A stretch of DNA of 64,000 nt, from positions 18,744,341-18,808,340 of the forward strand of contig NC_083409.1 in NCBI RefSeq assembly GCF_020745735.1, read 5' to 3'. This DNA comes from Hemiscyllium ocellatum. Its lineage: Eukaryota. The notes under the pieces were generated by a model, which did not search any database, had not been told where the DNA came from, and saw only the letters and a program-made list of their open reading frames with translations. Each line of letters starts with the position of its first letter. Positions within the stretch are counted from its first letter, which is position 1. Below, in pieces: positions 1 to 12,879 of the stretch. Both the position numbers and the translations under genes were made by a program.

Positions 1-1555
1 GAATGGGGAGAAGGCAGGAATATGGCTTTGAGAGAGAGGATCATCCATAGATCATAGAATGCCTACAGTGTGGAAACAGGCCATTTGGCCCGACAAGCCC
101 ACACTGACCCTCGAAGAAATGATGACATTCAAAATTGATACAGCCATGATCATACTGAATGACAGAGCAGACTCAAAGGGCCGAATGGCCTACTGCTGCT
201 CCAAGTTTCTACGTGTCCATGTCTGTGTTACCTTCAATCTCTGTAACAGGTTTTTAAGTCTTTTACTCATGTAAAAAGTGCCATCCTACCTACCCTGTCA
301 CTGTTTCTGAATAATCTTATCCCTCTCTATCAGGTCCCTGTTAAGCCTTCACTGCTCAAAGCTCACATTCAGGCAGCATCCTGGGAAATCTCCCTGTACC
401 CTCTCAGGTACAATCACATTCTTCCAGAGTGTGGTGACCAGGACCTGTCCCTCTCTCTCTCTGACTCACATCTGCCATTTCTTTCTCTCTACCTCTACCT
501 CTCTCTCCACTGTTAATCTCTTTCATGTTCTCTCTCTCTCTCTCTCCCTCTCTCTCACACACACACACACACACTCTGTCTCATAGCCACTCTCTCCAAC
601 TCACTGATGCTTTCTCACTCCATCTTATCATCTGTTTCTCCATCTCTCACTGTCTCTGTTACTCGCTCCTCTCTCACTTCAATTAAAAGCCTCCAATTGT
701 TATCTGTCACTCTCTATTCCTCCTCTTTCTCTCTCCTTCCCTCTCGACCTCCCAATTTACAGTCTCTCTCCCTCTCTCTCTCTGTCATTATAAATCTACC
801 CATACTCATCTCTCTCTCACACTCAACCCTACCCTCCCTCTCAACTCTCTTCATGCTTAGTCTCACACCCATCCTGTCTCTCACTCTCTCTCTCTCTCTC
901 TCCTTGTCTCTTTCTCTCTCTCCATCCCTCTCAGTCACACTGTCTCACATCTTGTTTCACTCTCTATCCCTCAGCCTCACCATTTCTACCTCCCTCTAAC
1001 TCTCTCGGTCCCCTCACATATCTTACACCGTATCAGATGCTCGTCCCTCTATCTCTCTCTCTCACTTTCTTCCTTTCTTTCTCTCTCTCTCACTCACACA
1101 CACACACACACAGCACGCCCACACTCACTATTTTTCCCTCCATCTCTCTCTCTGCCTCACTGCTCTCTCTTTCTGACAGTGTCCTGGGTGGTGACAGTTG
1201 AATGCAGGATAAATCTCCCTCTGCTCTGCTCCACTAATGGATGTTAACCCTTGACCCCTGTCTTCTTCTGGAGTAAGGCCCCATTTCCACGTTGACCAGG
1301 GTTTGGCCTCTCTCAGGAAGATGGACAGATTCTGGTCAAATGAAGTGCAGTTCTGTGCTGTTCTGTGCTGTTGGCCTATTCTCACTGGGGACTGGTTTGG
1401 ACACAAACTCATTCCATGAAGGCCCAGCAGAGAGAGGAGATCCTCAGATCATCAGTGTGAGTTGGAGGCACAGGACAAGCTCTGACCCACTGACCCATCC
1501 TGTCCATTCACAACATGTTCCAATCCCTTCCCCTCTCCTTCCCCTTCCATGGTCA
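1..1555 (-). repeat. Inverted paralog of the V 5' flank (matches 25285-26383)
   Basis: Colinear reverse-complement similarity of roughly 80-85%, including unique sequence such as TTCCATGAAGGCCCAGCAGAGAGAGGAGATCCTCAG. Confidence 0.9.
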
Positions 1556-2089
1556 GTCTTTTCTGAATGGAGTGGTCCCTTCCCTGTCTCACACCAAGGA
1601 GGAGATGGACAGATATTTAATGGGTAATGGGTTAAAGGATGATGGAGAGTGAGCAGGAAAGTGGAGTTGAGTCTGAGATGGGATCAGCCATGATTGTATT
1701 AAATGGTGGAGTGGGCTCGAGGGGCTGAATTGCCTGCTCCTGCTCCTAGTTCTTATGTTCCTCCACCCTCTCCCCCATCCCTCTTACTGCAACTTTGTGA
1801 ACATTCGTGGAATGTTTGGACATTGAACGAGTTATGTGAATTCAAGATTTGTGTGGATTTAATGTGGGGACAGAATTGCACACGGCTGTGATAGCTCCTG
1901 CGGTTGAATATCCTGCTGGCAGGCTTCCGCCTTCCATATACAGAATGGGAAGTGGGGGAGGTGGGAATGTACTGCTGGGGTACACGGCACTGTCCTCTAG
2001 CAATGTGGTTGACTCTCTAGTGCCCTCTGAAATGGCCGCGCAAGGCTCTCAGTTGTATCAATTGTGACAATGTTTCAACAAAGAAATGA

Positions 2090-4120
2090 GACGGACGGAC
2101 CACAGGCATCGATCTAGACACCGAAAAGACAATGACAGAAACAGTCCTGTCTACCCTGCTCCATCCTCCTTACTGACATCTGGGAGTTAGTGCCAAATTC
2201 AGCAAAGCTGTCTCACAGACTAGTCAAGCAACAGCCTGACACTGTCATACTCACAGAACCATACAGACAATGTCCCAGACACCACCATCACTGTCCCTGC
2301 ATGTGTCCTGTCCCACCAGAAAGGCAGACCCAGCAGAGCTGATGACACAGTGGTCTACAGCCAGAAGGGAGTTACCCTGGGAAATCTCAAAGCTGGCTCT
2401 GGACCTCATGACACCAGGTTAAACATGGGCGAGGAAACCTCCTGGTGATTACAAGATATCTTGCTCCCTCGGCTGATGAATCAGTCTCTCCTAGATGTTG
2501 AACAACATTTGGAGGAAGCACTGAGGGTGATGACAGCAGAGAGTGTACTCTGGGTGGGGGTTTCAATGTCCACCACTGAGAGTGGCTCGGCAGCAGCATT
2601 ACTGATCGAGCTGGTTGGTTCCTCATGGATGTAGCTGAGGGACTGGCTCTGCAGCTGGAACCAAAATGATGGAAAAAGATGCTTGACCCCATCCTCACCA
2701 ATCTTGTGGCTGTAGATGCATCTGTCCTTGACAGTGTTGGTAAGAGTGACCATCACACAGTCCTTGTGGAAACAAAGTCTGACCTTCACATTGAGAATCC
2801 CCTCCATTGTGTTGTGTGGTACTATCACCGTACTAAATAGGACAGACTCCAAACAGATATTGCAACTCAAGGCAAACTCGTAAATGGGGATGATTGCCAA
2901 AGATTGCATAATGCTCAGCACTCTTCTCAACTCCTCAGATACTGAAGCAGTCCACGTGCAAATGCAACAATATCTGGACAATATCCAGGTTTTGTCTGAG
3001 AAGTGACATTTCCCATTGGTGCCATGCAAATGCCAGCCAATCACCATCACCAATAAGAGACAAACTTAACATCGCCCCTTGACAATCAATGCTATTACCA
3101 TCACTGAATCCCTACGATCAACATTCTTGAGGTGCCATTGACCAGAAACACAACTGGATTCACCAAAGAAACACAGTGGTTACAAGAGCAAGTTAGAGGC
3201 TAGGAATACTGCATCCAGTAATTCAACTCCTGATCCCCCAAAGCCTGTCAACCAAGTCAGGAGTGTGAGCAAATACTCCCCACTTGCCTGGACAGGTGCA
3301 GCTCCAACAACATTCACAGAGTCATACAGCACAGGAACAAACCCTTAAGCCAAACTTCTACGTGCTGACCAGGTTTTCTGAAGTGAACTCATCTTATTTG
3401 CCTGCATTTCACACATATCCCTTGAAACCTTTCCTATCTATGTCTATTGTATCCTATGTCTTTCTTATCCACTCAAAAAGCTTGATACTATCCAGAGCAA
3501 AGCAAACTCCTTGATTGGCATCGCATTCTCAAAGCATCCAAACTCACCGTCACTGACACTCCATAGCTGCAGTGTGTATTATCGAAAAGATGTACTGCAG
3601 AAATTCATCACCGATCTTCAGATAGCACCTTCCAAACCCATGGACAAAAATAGAAATTGCAGGAAAAGCTTAGCAGGTCTGGCAGCATCTTGGAGAGAAA
3701 TCAGAATTAACATTTCGGGTTGAGCATGAAATATTAACTCTGATTTCTCTTCACAGATGCTGCCAGACCTGCTGAGCTTTTCCAGCACTTTCTATTTTTG
3801 TCTCAGATTTACAGCATCTGCAGTTCTTTTGGTTTCCCTCCAAACCCACGTTCACTTCCATTTAGAACAAGAGCAGCAGATACATGGGAACACTGTGAGC
3901 TGCAAGTTCCCCTCAAAAAAGCTTAGCATCCGGACTTGGAAATATGTCGCTGATCCCTCAGCCTTGCTGGGTTAAAATGCTGGCATTCTCTCCCCAACAG
4001 CATTGTGGGTCAACTTACGTCTTGTGGACTATAGTCAAAAAGTCAGGTTCCCACCGCCTTCTCCAGGGCAACTAGGGACAGGGTAAAAAATGTTGGCCCA
4101 GCCGGTGAAGCCCACTTCCC
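2090..4120 (+). mobile_element. Degenerate non-LTR retrotransposon (CR1/L2-group) with APE endonuclease and 3' pieces
   Basis: Frameshifted QVKHGRGNLLVIT..LEEALRV..VLWVG(D)FNVHH endonuclease motif at 2415-2580. A related + strand copy lies at 22250-22690. Confidence 0.65.
3644..3801. repeat. 158-bp imperfect palindrome (PLE-derived short element)
   Basis: Arms of about 74 bp at about 90% complementarity around an 11-nt centre. Confidence 0.85.
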
Positions 4121-4404
4121 ACAAGTGAATATGCAAAACCAAATGAAGTGTCCCTCAGGAGGGGAGAGGGAATGTTCAGGATCCTGAACTCCATTTCCCA
4201 GCCCAGGCAGTTTGTCTCCCAATGAATGAATGAGATGCCAATTTGAAGCCCAGGTTCAGGGCAGTCTCACTCTGTGGACATGAGGTCTATAAGAGAGAAT
4301 TGGAGATTGAGCTGTAAAGGAAAGATTTGCTGGGTTATGGGGAGAGAGAGGGGAGCAGTGGGATTCACTGGGTCATTCAAAGGCATGATGGGCTGAATGG
4401 CCTC

Positions 4405-5305
4405 CTCCTGTGCTGTCAGATTCCAGGGAGTGCAGACAGTTTACAGTTTTCTCCCGTCTCAGTATCAAACACCCAGCTGCTCCGAGCTCCTTCTTTCACT
4501 TCCTCTCTTGGTGAAGTTTCAACCTTGCGATCTGACAGTCTTTGCAGTTATTTTTTACACTGGGGCTTTCTGCTGTGGTCAGAATCTCTAATAATAAGTG
4601 TCCAATCAGTGACAATTACAGCAGCTAAGACCAGTCAGGACTGAGGAGCCAGGCTCACTGTGAAACACATTGGGAAGATCAAAGCCATCCTCTTCAGCTC
4701 CCGGTACCAACTCCATCCCTCTCCCTGAGCACTGTCTGCTGCTCAACCAGACTCTTTACAACTCTGGCCTCATCTTTGGGGCTGTTTTGGGGCCCAAATC
4801 CTCCACATCACAATTATCAGCCACTGAAAATCTCAACCATGTTTTTGAGACCATTCCAATGTTATCCAGGCCCACATCACAGCCACTGACTTCCGTAAAC
4901 ATCAGCTCATTCCAAACTCTGCTGTCTGTGTTCAAACTCACACCAAGTCCACCCCATACCCTGTCCATGCCTCCCCACCCCACCATAACCGACACAATCC
5001 TCACTGACTGACATAAGCTCCTGGTCAAATTCTCATCCCTGTTCTCAATCTGCTCCCTGTTCTTCCACCCTCCCTATCACTGTGACCTCCTCCAAGCTGC
5101 CTCACTCAGTCTGATCAATAATCTTGGATATATGGCTCTCTGTTTCTTCATCCAAGTCATTGAGAAATATCATGAAAAGCTGAGGTCCCAGCACAGATCC
5201 CTGGGAATACCACTACTCACATCTGGCTCATTGGAACACACGCACATTATCCTCCTCTCTGTCTCCAAGACAGACCCATTCCTGACCCAAGGTAAATGCA
5301 TTTCT
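4405..5305 (-). repeat. Inverted paralog of the distal V 5' flank (matches 21100-22005)
   Basis: Shares an L2 fragment plus the unique flanks on both sides of it, in reverse complement. Confidence 0.88.
4670..5060 (+). mobile_element. L2-clade LINE RT fragment (paralog at 21350-21745 on -)
   Basis: Degenerate match, from recall, to the L2 ORF2 region LNQTVRNLGVIFDP. Confidence 0.55.
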
Positions 5306-5799
5306 CAAATTCCATCCAATTCCATGATTAGGAGATGCCGGTGTTGGACTGTCGTGTAAATGTTAAAAATCACAGAACACCAGCTTCTAATGCAACAGGT
5401 TTGTTTGGAAGCATCAGCGTTTGGAGCGCTGCTCCTTCATCAGATGGTTGTGGAGTGTAAGATCTGAATCAATGTTTCTTTTGTGGAACATTCTTAAATG
5501 TCTTTTGGAATTCCCTATAGATAATAGCCATCGACATTCCCTTATATCCCACACCAGTGAGCTCCTAACAAAGTGTAACCCGGTTAGTTAAAGATGTCTG
5601 AACCTTTGTCAATCCAGGCTGACTCTCTCGGACCAGTTCATATTTGTCCGTTATTCTGTCTCTAAAAACAGACTCAATCACTTCCTGACAACAGACATTC
5701 AATGGAGATGTTCATTGTGATTGAGGCTCGTAAACAGCTAGCACTGACACGAGGGGCTGAACAGCCTCCTCCTGTGCTGGCACATTCTCTGTCTCCTGG

Positions 5800-8700
5800 A
5801 CTGAAATTTTTACAGATTAAAAACTGAAGACCAGCAGCAAATTTTAAAATATAAATTAAAAACTCCTCAAATAATTTCCACATACAGGGCCGGGCGATGT
5901 GTAGTAATTGTACATGGGGAAGGTGGTGGAGCCCATTGTAGCTCAGAGTGACCACATCTACAGCAAGTGTTGGTTGCTCAAGGCACTCCAGCTCAGAGTT
6001 GATGAGCTGGAATCTGAGCTTCAAACACTGCGACACATCGGGGAGGGGGAGAGTTACCTGGACACTGTGTTTGGGGAGACAGTCACACCTTGTAGGTTAA
6101 ATACTTCAAATTATGGCCAGTGGTCAGGGTCAGGAGGGTGGGAGGGACAGAAGTGGACAGGACGATGCAGCCTGGATTTAGCCTTACAGGTGCCTCAGCT
6201 CCTTGTCCAACAGGAATGAGGTACATGCTCCCTGTGTCAATGAGGAAAAAGATTGTCGGGAGAATGGGCAAATGTAGTTTGAGGATTTTGGTGATAGTGA
6301 CCATAACTCTGTAAGTTTCAAAGTCATTATATAAAAAGATAAAGACAGAGCAGAAATTATAATGTCTAAACTGGGAAAATGTCGGGATGTGTCGGTTAGG
6401 TGCATTAGCCATGGGAGATGCAGATTTACAGGGATAAGGTAGGGAGACAAGTCTGGGTGGGATGCTGTTCAGAATGTTGGTGTGGACTCATTGGTCTGAA
6501 TGGCCTGTTTCACACGGTATGGATTCTATAATTCAAAGACTCCCGAGAGCAGTCATTGCTGACTTGGCCAGAGATGTCCATTTCCTATGAATGAATGAAG
6601 GAAACCACTGCACCATGGTCCAGGAGACCACTCAGACTTGGGGAGCACAAAGAAAAGAGAGGTCTTGATAATGAGGGGAACTGATAGCATCCTTTGTGAG
6701 CAGGATTGAGAGCCCCACATGGTGTGTTTCCTGCCTGGTTTCAAGGTAAGGGCATCTCGAGCCGGCTTTTAAGTATAACAGACTTGGGGGGGGGGGGGGT
6801 GGGGGGTGGCGGAGGTTGGGGGGGATGAGGATCCAGTTGTTTTTGTTGTGTTGGGACCAACAACATCAACAAAAATCGGCAAAAGGTCCTATTTGGACAA
6901 TATCAGGAAAGCTATCAGAAGGATATTGATTAGACAGATGGAGAGAAATAAGAAAGAGGTGAATACAGCATCAGTGCTGAGGAACAGATTCCAGTGAATG
7001 GACCAAATAAGAGTCCTACATACGAATGCACGGAGCGTAAGGAATAAATACAATAATCTGCAGGCACAAATTCAAATTTAAGATTGTGGTATCGGATCAA
7101 TTACTGAGACATAGTTGCAGAATCATTCAGATTGGGAACGATATCTATCGGGTTAGAAGGTTCACAGGATGGATATAGGGAAATGGCAGAAGAGGTGGAG
7201 CAGCTTTATTGATGAGGAAAAAAATGGCTTCAATGGTGAGGGAGGTCATAATGAGGAGAAAACATTCAGTGGGACTGAGGAGCAGGAAAGGATCTAAAAC
7301 TGTGGTAGATGTTGGATACTGACCTCCCTGACAGCAGCTCTGAGGTGCTGGATGATATAAATGGAGGAATTAGACAAGTGTGTAGCAAAGCCAGTGTATT
7401 ATTAATGGGGAAGTTTAACTTGAACTTAGATTGGGAGACAGACAAGCCCTCTGTCAGAAAGGTAGTGAATTGCTGCTGTGTGTCCAGAATAGTTTCCAAC
7501 AGCAATAGGTCCTGGATACAACAAGGGGACAAGCAATATTGGAATTAGTAATGAATAATGAGCCAGATTTAGTTCATAACTATTTGTGCATGAATATTTA
7601 TCAAATAGTGATCATAACATGATCTAGTTCAGTGTCGCATTTGAAAGTAAAAAGCATGAATCAGCTGCTAGAATTTGAGATTAAGGTAAGGGCCGACTTT
7701 AACGAGATGAGACAGAGACTGTCCACAGTAAACTGGGAAACTCTGCTCATGGGTAAAACAACTGAAGAACAGTGGGGAATGTGTAAAGGAACATTCAACA
7801 CAAAACAAAGCCAATTTATACCTGAGAGGGAAAAGCGAACAAACAACAATGGTCAATTAAAGAGATAAGGGAAAGAATAAAATGTTAAAAAAAGGCTTAC
7901 AGAAAAGCAAAAAATAAGGACAGATTCCGCTGAATGGGAAGGATCAGGATACAAAAGGGCCACATATCAGCTTCTAAGAGCTACCAAAAGGGATTCTGAA
8001 AGGAAACATGTAAGGGATAACAAAATCACTCAGGAGAAATGTTACAGTTCCATAAAAGGGAAGCTGGGAGTTCAGGAGCAATGTTGGCCATTAAAGACTG
8101 AAAGTGAGGGATACTGTCAGTGACAATGGGGAAATGACAGCCATGTTAAATAAATACTTTACCTCAAGATTTGCAGTAGAAAAGGAAGAGGACTTGCCTG
8201 AAATCCCAAAGGAATTAACAGAGGATCTGTGTCAGGGACTGATTAGATTCCCTGCAGTGTGCAAACATACCTTTTGGCCCAACCAGTCCACACCGACCCT
8301 CCGAAGTGTAACCCACCCAGACCCATTTTCCCTCTGACTAATGCAATTAACACTATGGGCAATTTAGTATGGCCAATTCACCTGACCTGCACATCTTTGG
8401 ATAGTAGGAGGAAACCCATGCAGACAATGTGCAAACGCCACACAGGTAATTGCCCAAGGCTGGAATTGAACCTGGGACTCTGGTGCTGTGAGGCAGCAGT
8501 GCTAACCACTGTGTCACCTCAATAAAGTTAATGTCAATATAACATGTGTAATAAGGAAAATAATGGAACTAAAGAGTGACAAATCCTCAGGACCTGAGGG
8601 TGATAAAGTAGTAATAGACCACATTGCAGACACCCTGACTATAATCTTTCAGAGTTACCTGGAATCAGGAGTCGTACCTCTGAATTGGAAAATTGCAAAT

Positions 8701-9240
8701 TTCATTTCACATTTAACAAGGATGTTAGAGAAAAGCCAGGGAATTACAGGTCACTAAGCCAACGTTTGTGGTGTGGAAATTGTTGTAGTTTATAATCAAG
8801 GATGGGGGTAACTGAAGACCTTGAAAATGGTCAGTTAATCAGGGAGAATCAGCATGGATTCATGACAAGTTGGTCATGGTGAAAAACCTCATTGAACATT
8901 TTTGAAGAGGAAACAAAATTACTGGACACAGTAATGTCAATGGATGTTGTTTATAGGGACTTCCAGAAGGCATTTGATAAAATCCCATGTAAGAAACTGT
9001 CAACTCAGTTAGAAATCCACAAAACTGAGGCTAAAATACTGCCATACCGAAATTGGTTGAGTGACAGGTGACAGAAAATAGGGATCATGGATAAGTGCTG
9101 AAATTGGCAGGATGTGACCAGTGGTGTCCAATAGGAATGTGTGTGCACACCTCAATTATTTACATTATTTATTAATGCATTGGATAATGGCTTAGAAAGT
9201 CAGATACTCTAGTTTGCTAATGACACAAAGTTAGGCAGCT
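5800..9240 (+). mobile_element. Degenerate CR1 LINE (ORF1 and ORF2 remnants), split by SINEs
   Basis: ORF1-like SKCWLLKALQLRVDELESELQTLRH, endonuclease region LLMGKFNL, and RT region with DFQKAFDK at about 8957-8980. Many stops. Confidence 0.8.
8241..8518 (-). mobile_element. HE1-like tRNA-derived SINE
   Basis: Same body as 44722-45031, with A/B boxes on the minus strand and an (AATCT)-type tail. Confidence 0.85.
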
Positions 9241-9448
9241 TTGTAGGTAGTGTTTGTAGAGTCAGAGAGTTAGCATTCATCCAATGCAATCTTTAATAGA
9301 GTATAATTTATGTTTGATATCAAATTCCTTGACTCCATCTATCTCTCTCACTCTCTCTCCCCACCCCTCTCTAACTCAGCTGCATCGATCTCACTCTGAG
9401 TTCCATCCCTCTTTCTCTGTCCAAGCTCTGTCCCCCTCTCTTTTAGTG

Positions 9449-9486
<38 letters not shown>

Positions 9487-10349
9487 GTCTCTCTCCCTGT
9501 GCTCCATCTCTTGCTCTCTAAGCCGTATCGCTCCCTCCATTGCAGCTGCTGGGAGTTCGATCTAAGCCAATTCCAGTGAATCCCATGGAGAATAATGACG
9601 GGATATTTGGAGTGTGAGTTTGATGATGTAAATGTGAACCATTGCAGCAAAGACATTACAGATGGTTTGTACAGACAGCAAAGCCCAAACCAGAGCATTG
9701 TGTTAATCAACACAGAACTAATCAAAGCTTCAATAAAAATAATTGTTAATGTGATTCTCAGAGATATAATTATTCTAGTTACAAATGGTTATTTCTCAGT
9801 GAAGATCCATCCTGCTGAATATTAGATAGAGCTGGGCTTTGAAGAAATATTGGGCAGATGGAGTGTAATGTGGGGGAGTGTGACCTTGTTCACTTTCACA
9901 ATAATCATTCAAATGTGACTGGAGAGTTGTTAAGTCCACAGAGCAAAACTTGCCATTGGGTATAATCCATTAGGTGTGATAAATACAGAAACTCACTTAG
10001 TTCTAGTTATCAGTGAGTTCTTGTTAACAACCTTTTAACAAATCAATTTTATACAAGAATGATATACTACAAATCCTCTCTATGCAACCTTCTCAGCTGG
10101 AAATAGGGAATGAATCTGGTTTTGTGACGAGACTCACATTCTTCGAGTCTACACAGAATTAAATGGAACAGTTTGGTTCAGGAGCCAATACTACAGGAGA
10201 ACTCCAATTACTCTGATATGGTTCAATCAGCTGATTCTCCAACATGGAAGCCCTCTGTTCCATTGCCGGTTTCGGTTGGTTTTTGTATTATTTTGTCTGA
10301 ATTACCAAATTCATGTTATATTTGATTCATGTGGTAGATCTAAGTTTAT

Positions 10350-10800
10350 CAATACAAGTCCACAAGATAAAGGAGCAGAATTGGGCCATTTGGCCCATCA
10401 TGTCTGGTCATTTACAGTTGATAATGTTTCTCAGCCCCAATCTCTTCCCTTTTCCCTGTAAATCTTGATCCCTTGACCAATCAAGAGCCAATCTATTTAT
10501 TTCTTAAATACACTCAATGCATTGGCCTCCAAGGCCCTCTGTAGTTCCACAGATTAATGACACTCTGGCTGAAGAAATTCCTTCTCAACTCAGTTCGAAA
10601 GATCGTCTCTTCACTCTGAGACTGTGCCCTCGGGTCTCCAACTCTCCTATGATTAGAAACATCTCCTCCATGTCCACTCTATCCAGGCCATCCTGTATTC
10701 TGTATGTTTCAATGACATTCCCTCTCATCTTTCTAAACTCCATCAAGTACAGAACCAAAGTCCTCAACGACTCCTCATTTAAGCATCTTTGTATTGTCTG
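10350..10800 (-). mobile_element. CR1 3' fragment
   Basis: Minus-strand MRGNVIETYRIQDGLDRVD..TRGHSLRVK, the CR1 ORF2 C-terminus. Confidence 0.8.
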
Positions 10801-11289
10801 AGCAGCCTTACTGAATCTACCTGTTGATCTTCCTCCAGATACAAAAATGCAGTGTCTGAAGTCTCAAATATCTCTGAATTTGTTCATCTAATAACAGGAA
10901 GTTTACTTTGGGAAGTGCCCAGGTCTGATTTGATCTCAAGCTTTTTCTGATCCCCTTCCCTATTATACTCACTACTTGACAAACCTGTACATGATGGGAT
11001 GGTTTCTCAAAAACTGGGAGAGGAATTAAGGATGCTGGTTTTGTGTTGAGGTTTACCTATAACTTGACAAGTAAGACACGTTTTATAAAACTGCACCACA
11101 TCTTTATTCAATTGTGGCTCAGTAAAATAACTGTTTCTGGAAGCCTGTGTTTTCCAAATCCCCATGTGACCTGCCATGGGAGTCTCATGTGCCTCTTGTA
11201 CTATTCCCCCTATGATAGCTGGGTGGGACCACTAGCCAATGTCTAACTGACCATTCTTCATCTGGGGTCGATGGGGAGGGGGGCATCTC

Positions 11290-12790
11290 CACGTCCTCAT
11301 CAGCGCTCCATCCTGAACACAATAACAATCTGAAACTCCTTCAGCCTCGACCTCAGTATGAACTGACAGTGCTCATTTATTTCAGTCAGGATCTGCTTTT
11401 TGGATCTGCTGTAATTAGTGACATCATACCAACCACTCCACCTGGATTATCTTCACCCTTTCGGAAAGTTTCATCGATCCTTTCGCTTGCTGTGGTGTCA
11501 CATCAACCCTTATTGATGGATTTTGTTTAACCATTGCCCTGGTTACCTCACACGAAGGAGAGACCAGGAACCTGTTCCTGTCATTGTTCTGTTTCTTGGC
11601 CCTCCTTTGGACATTCTGTAATTATCGGGGAAGCTACAGTCTTTAGTCCTGACAAAACATTCCCCAGAAGGAAATCGACTCCTTCAACATGGAATGTTTT
11701 CCCATTCCGACAATTATTTCTCCTGACAACAAATCACATTCCAATTGTACTGTATACAATGGAAGTGGAATATATTCTCCACCAATTCCAGTGATTAATA
11801 CCTTAGCTCCCATCGAGCTCTCTGGAGGGAAAATCAATTCTTTCTCCAGTAAAAGTGATTGTGTTGCTCCTGTATCTCTCAGTTTGGTTCTGGGTTTAGC
11901 TGAAGAAAAAGGAGTCACCATTCCTTTTGATAAAATCCTATCCACCTCTCATCTACCTGACAACCTTCTTTACTAATGACAGAATTGACCTCCAGCATTT
12001 TTGTTACAGCTACAACCTGCTCCGTGGGATTATCTGTCTGTGTTCCCTTCTCTGACTCATTTTACTAACACCGATAAATCCCATGGATTTACCTCAACTT
12101 CCAACACTCCAAACATACATGGCCCACCTTATTCCAAGAGAAACATTTCAGCTTCTGATCATCACTTCCACCCTCAGCAATTTCCTTCTTAATCTGAGGA
12201 GGAGTTCTCGGGCTGTTCCCTACTGTCCACTCTCTCCCCTGGCTACCTGCCTTCCTCACACTCTCCCAATTTTTATTTTTCTCCCATTTCTGGGCCTGAT
12301 GGGAATAAGGTTTCTGGATCGGTCTCCCATCAGGTGACTTCTCCACCTCCTGATGCTGCTTGGCTTGTTGTGCTCTTCCAGCCTCCTGTTTGTCTACTTT
12401 GGATTCCAGCATCTGCAGGGTTTTGGCTTTAACAAAGTCTACCATCATTAGCCATTATAGCTGCTTGTCTTACTGTCGTTCCCGTTTGGTCTTCTACATG
12501 AATTCTGATTCTGGAAGGGAAGGAAGTTTTAAATTCTTCTCAAAGGATAACTTCTTTGAGAGCATTGTAAGTATTCTCAGCTGTTAATGCTCTTATCCAC
12601 CTGTCAACATTATTTTGTTGAACTCTCTTAAACTCAGTAGAGGTTTGTCCAGGCTGTTTGTGTAAGTTCTGAAACATCTGTCTGTATGTTTCTGGGGCCA
12701 ACTCATATGTGCTTAGAATAGCCGTTTTCACCTCCTCTGACAGGGATGTAGAAACCTCTTGTGCTTCCCAAGTTCATTTTTGCATGGGCA
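11290..12790 (-). mobile_element. Gmr1-like Gypsy LTR retrotransposon fragment (SCAN-like gag, zinc knuckle, protease)
   Basis: KTAILSTYELAPETYRQMFQNL (12540-12731), a degenerate CCHC knuckle KCFSWNKVGHVCLEC, and aspartyl protease RDTGATQSLL at about 11850-11880. Confidence 0.8.
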
Positions 12791-12879
12791 AGGTCCAACC
12801 TGTTTTTCCCATCTCGCTTGTGTTGCTATCTTCACTAACAACATGAAAAATGCTTCCACATCCTTCTCTTCATTGTCAT

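Noticed and set aside
607-999. Ser/Leu-rich and Glu/Arg-rich ORFs (also 9284-9565 and 46793-47255)
   Set aside because: Low-complexity CT/GA repeats.
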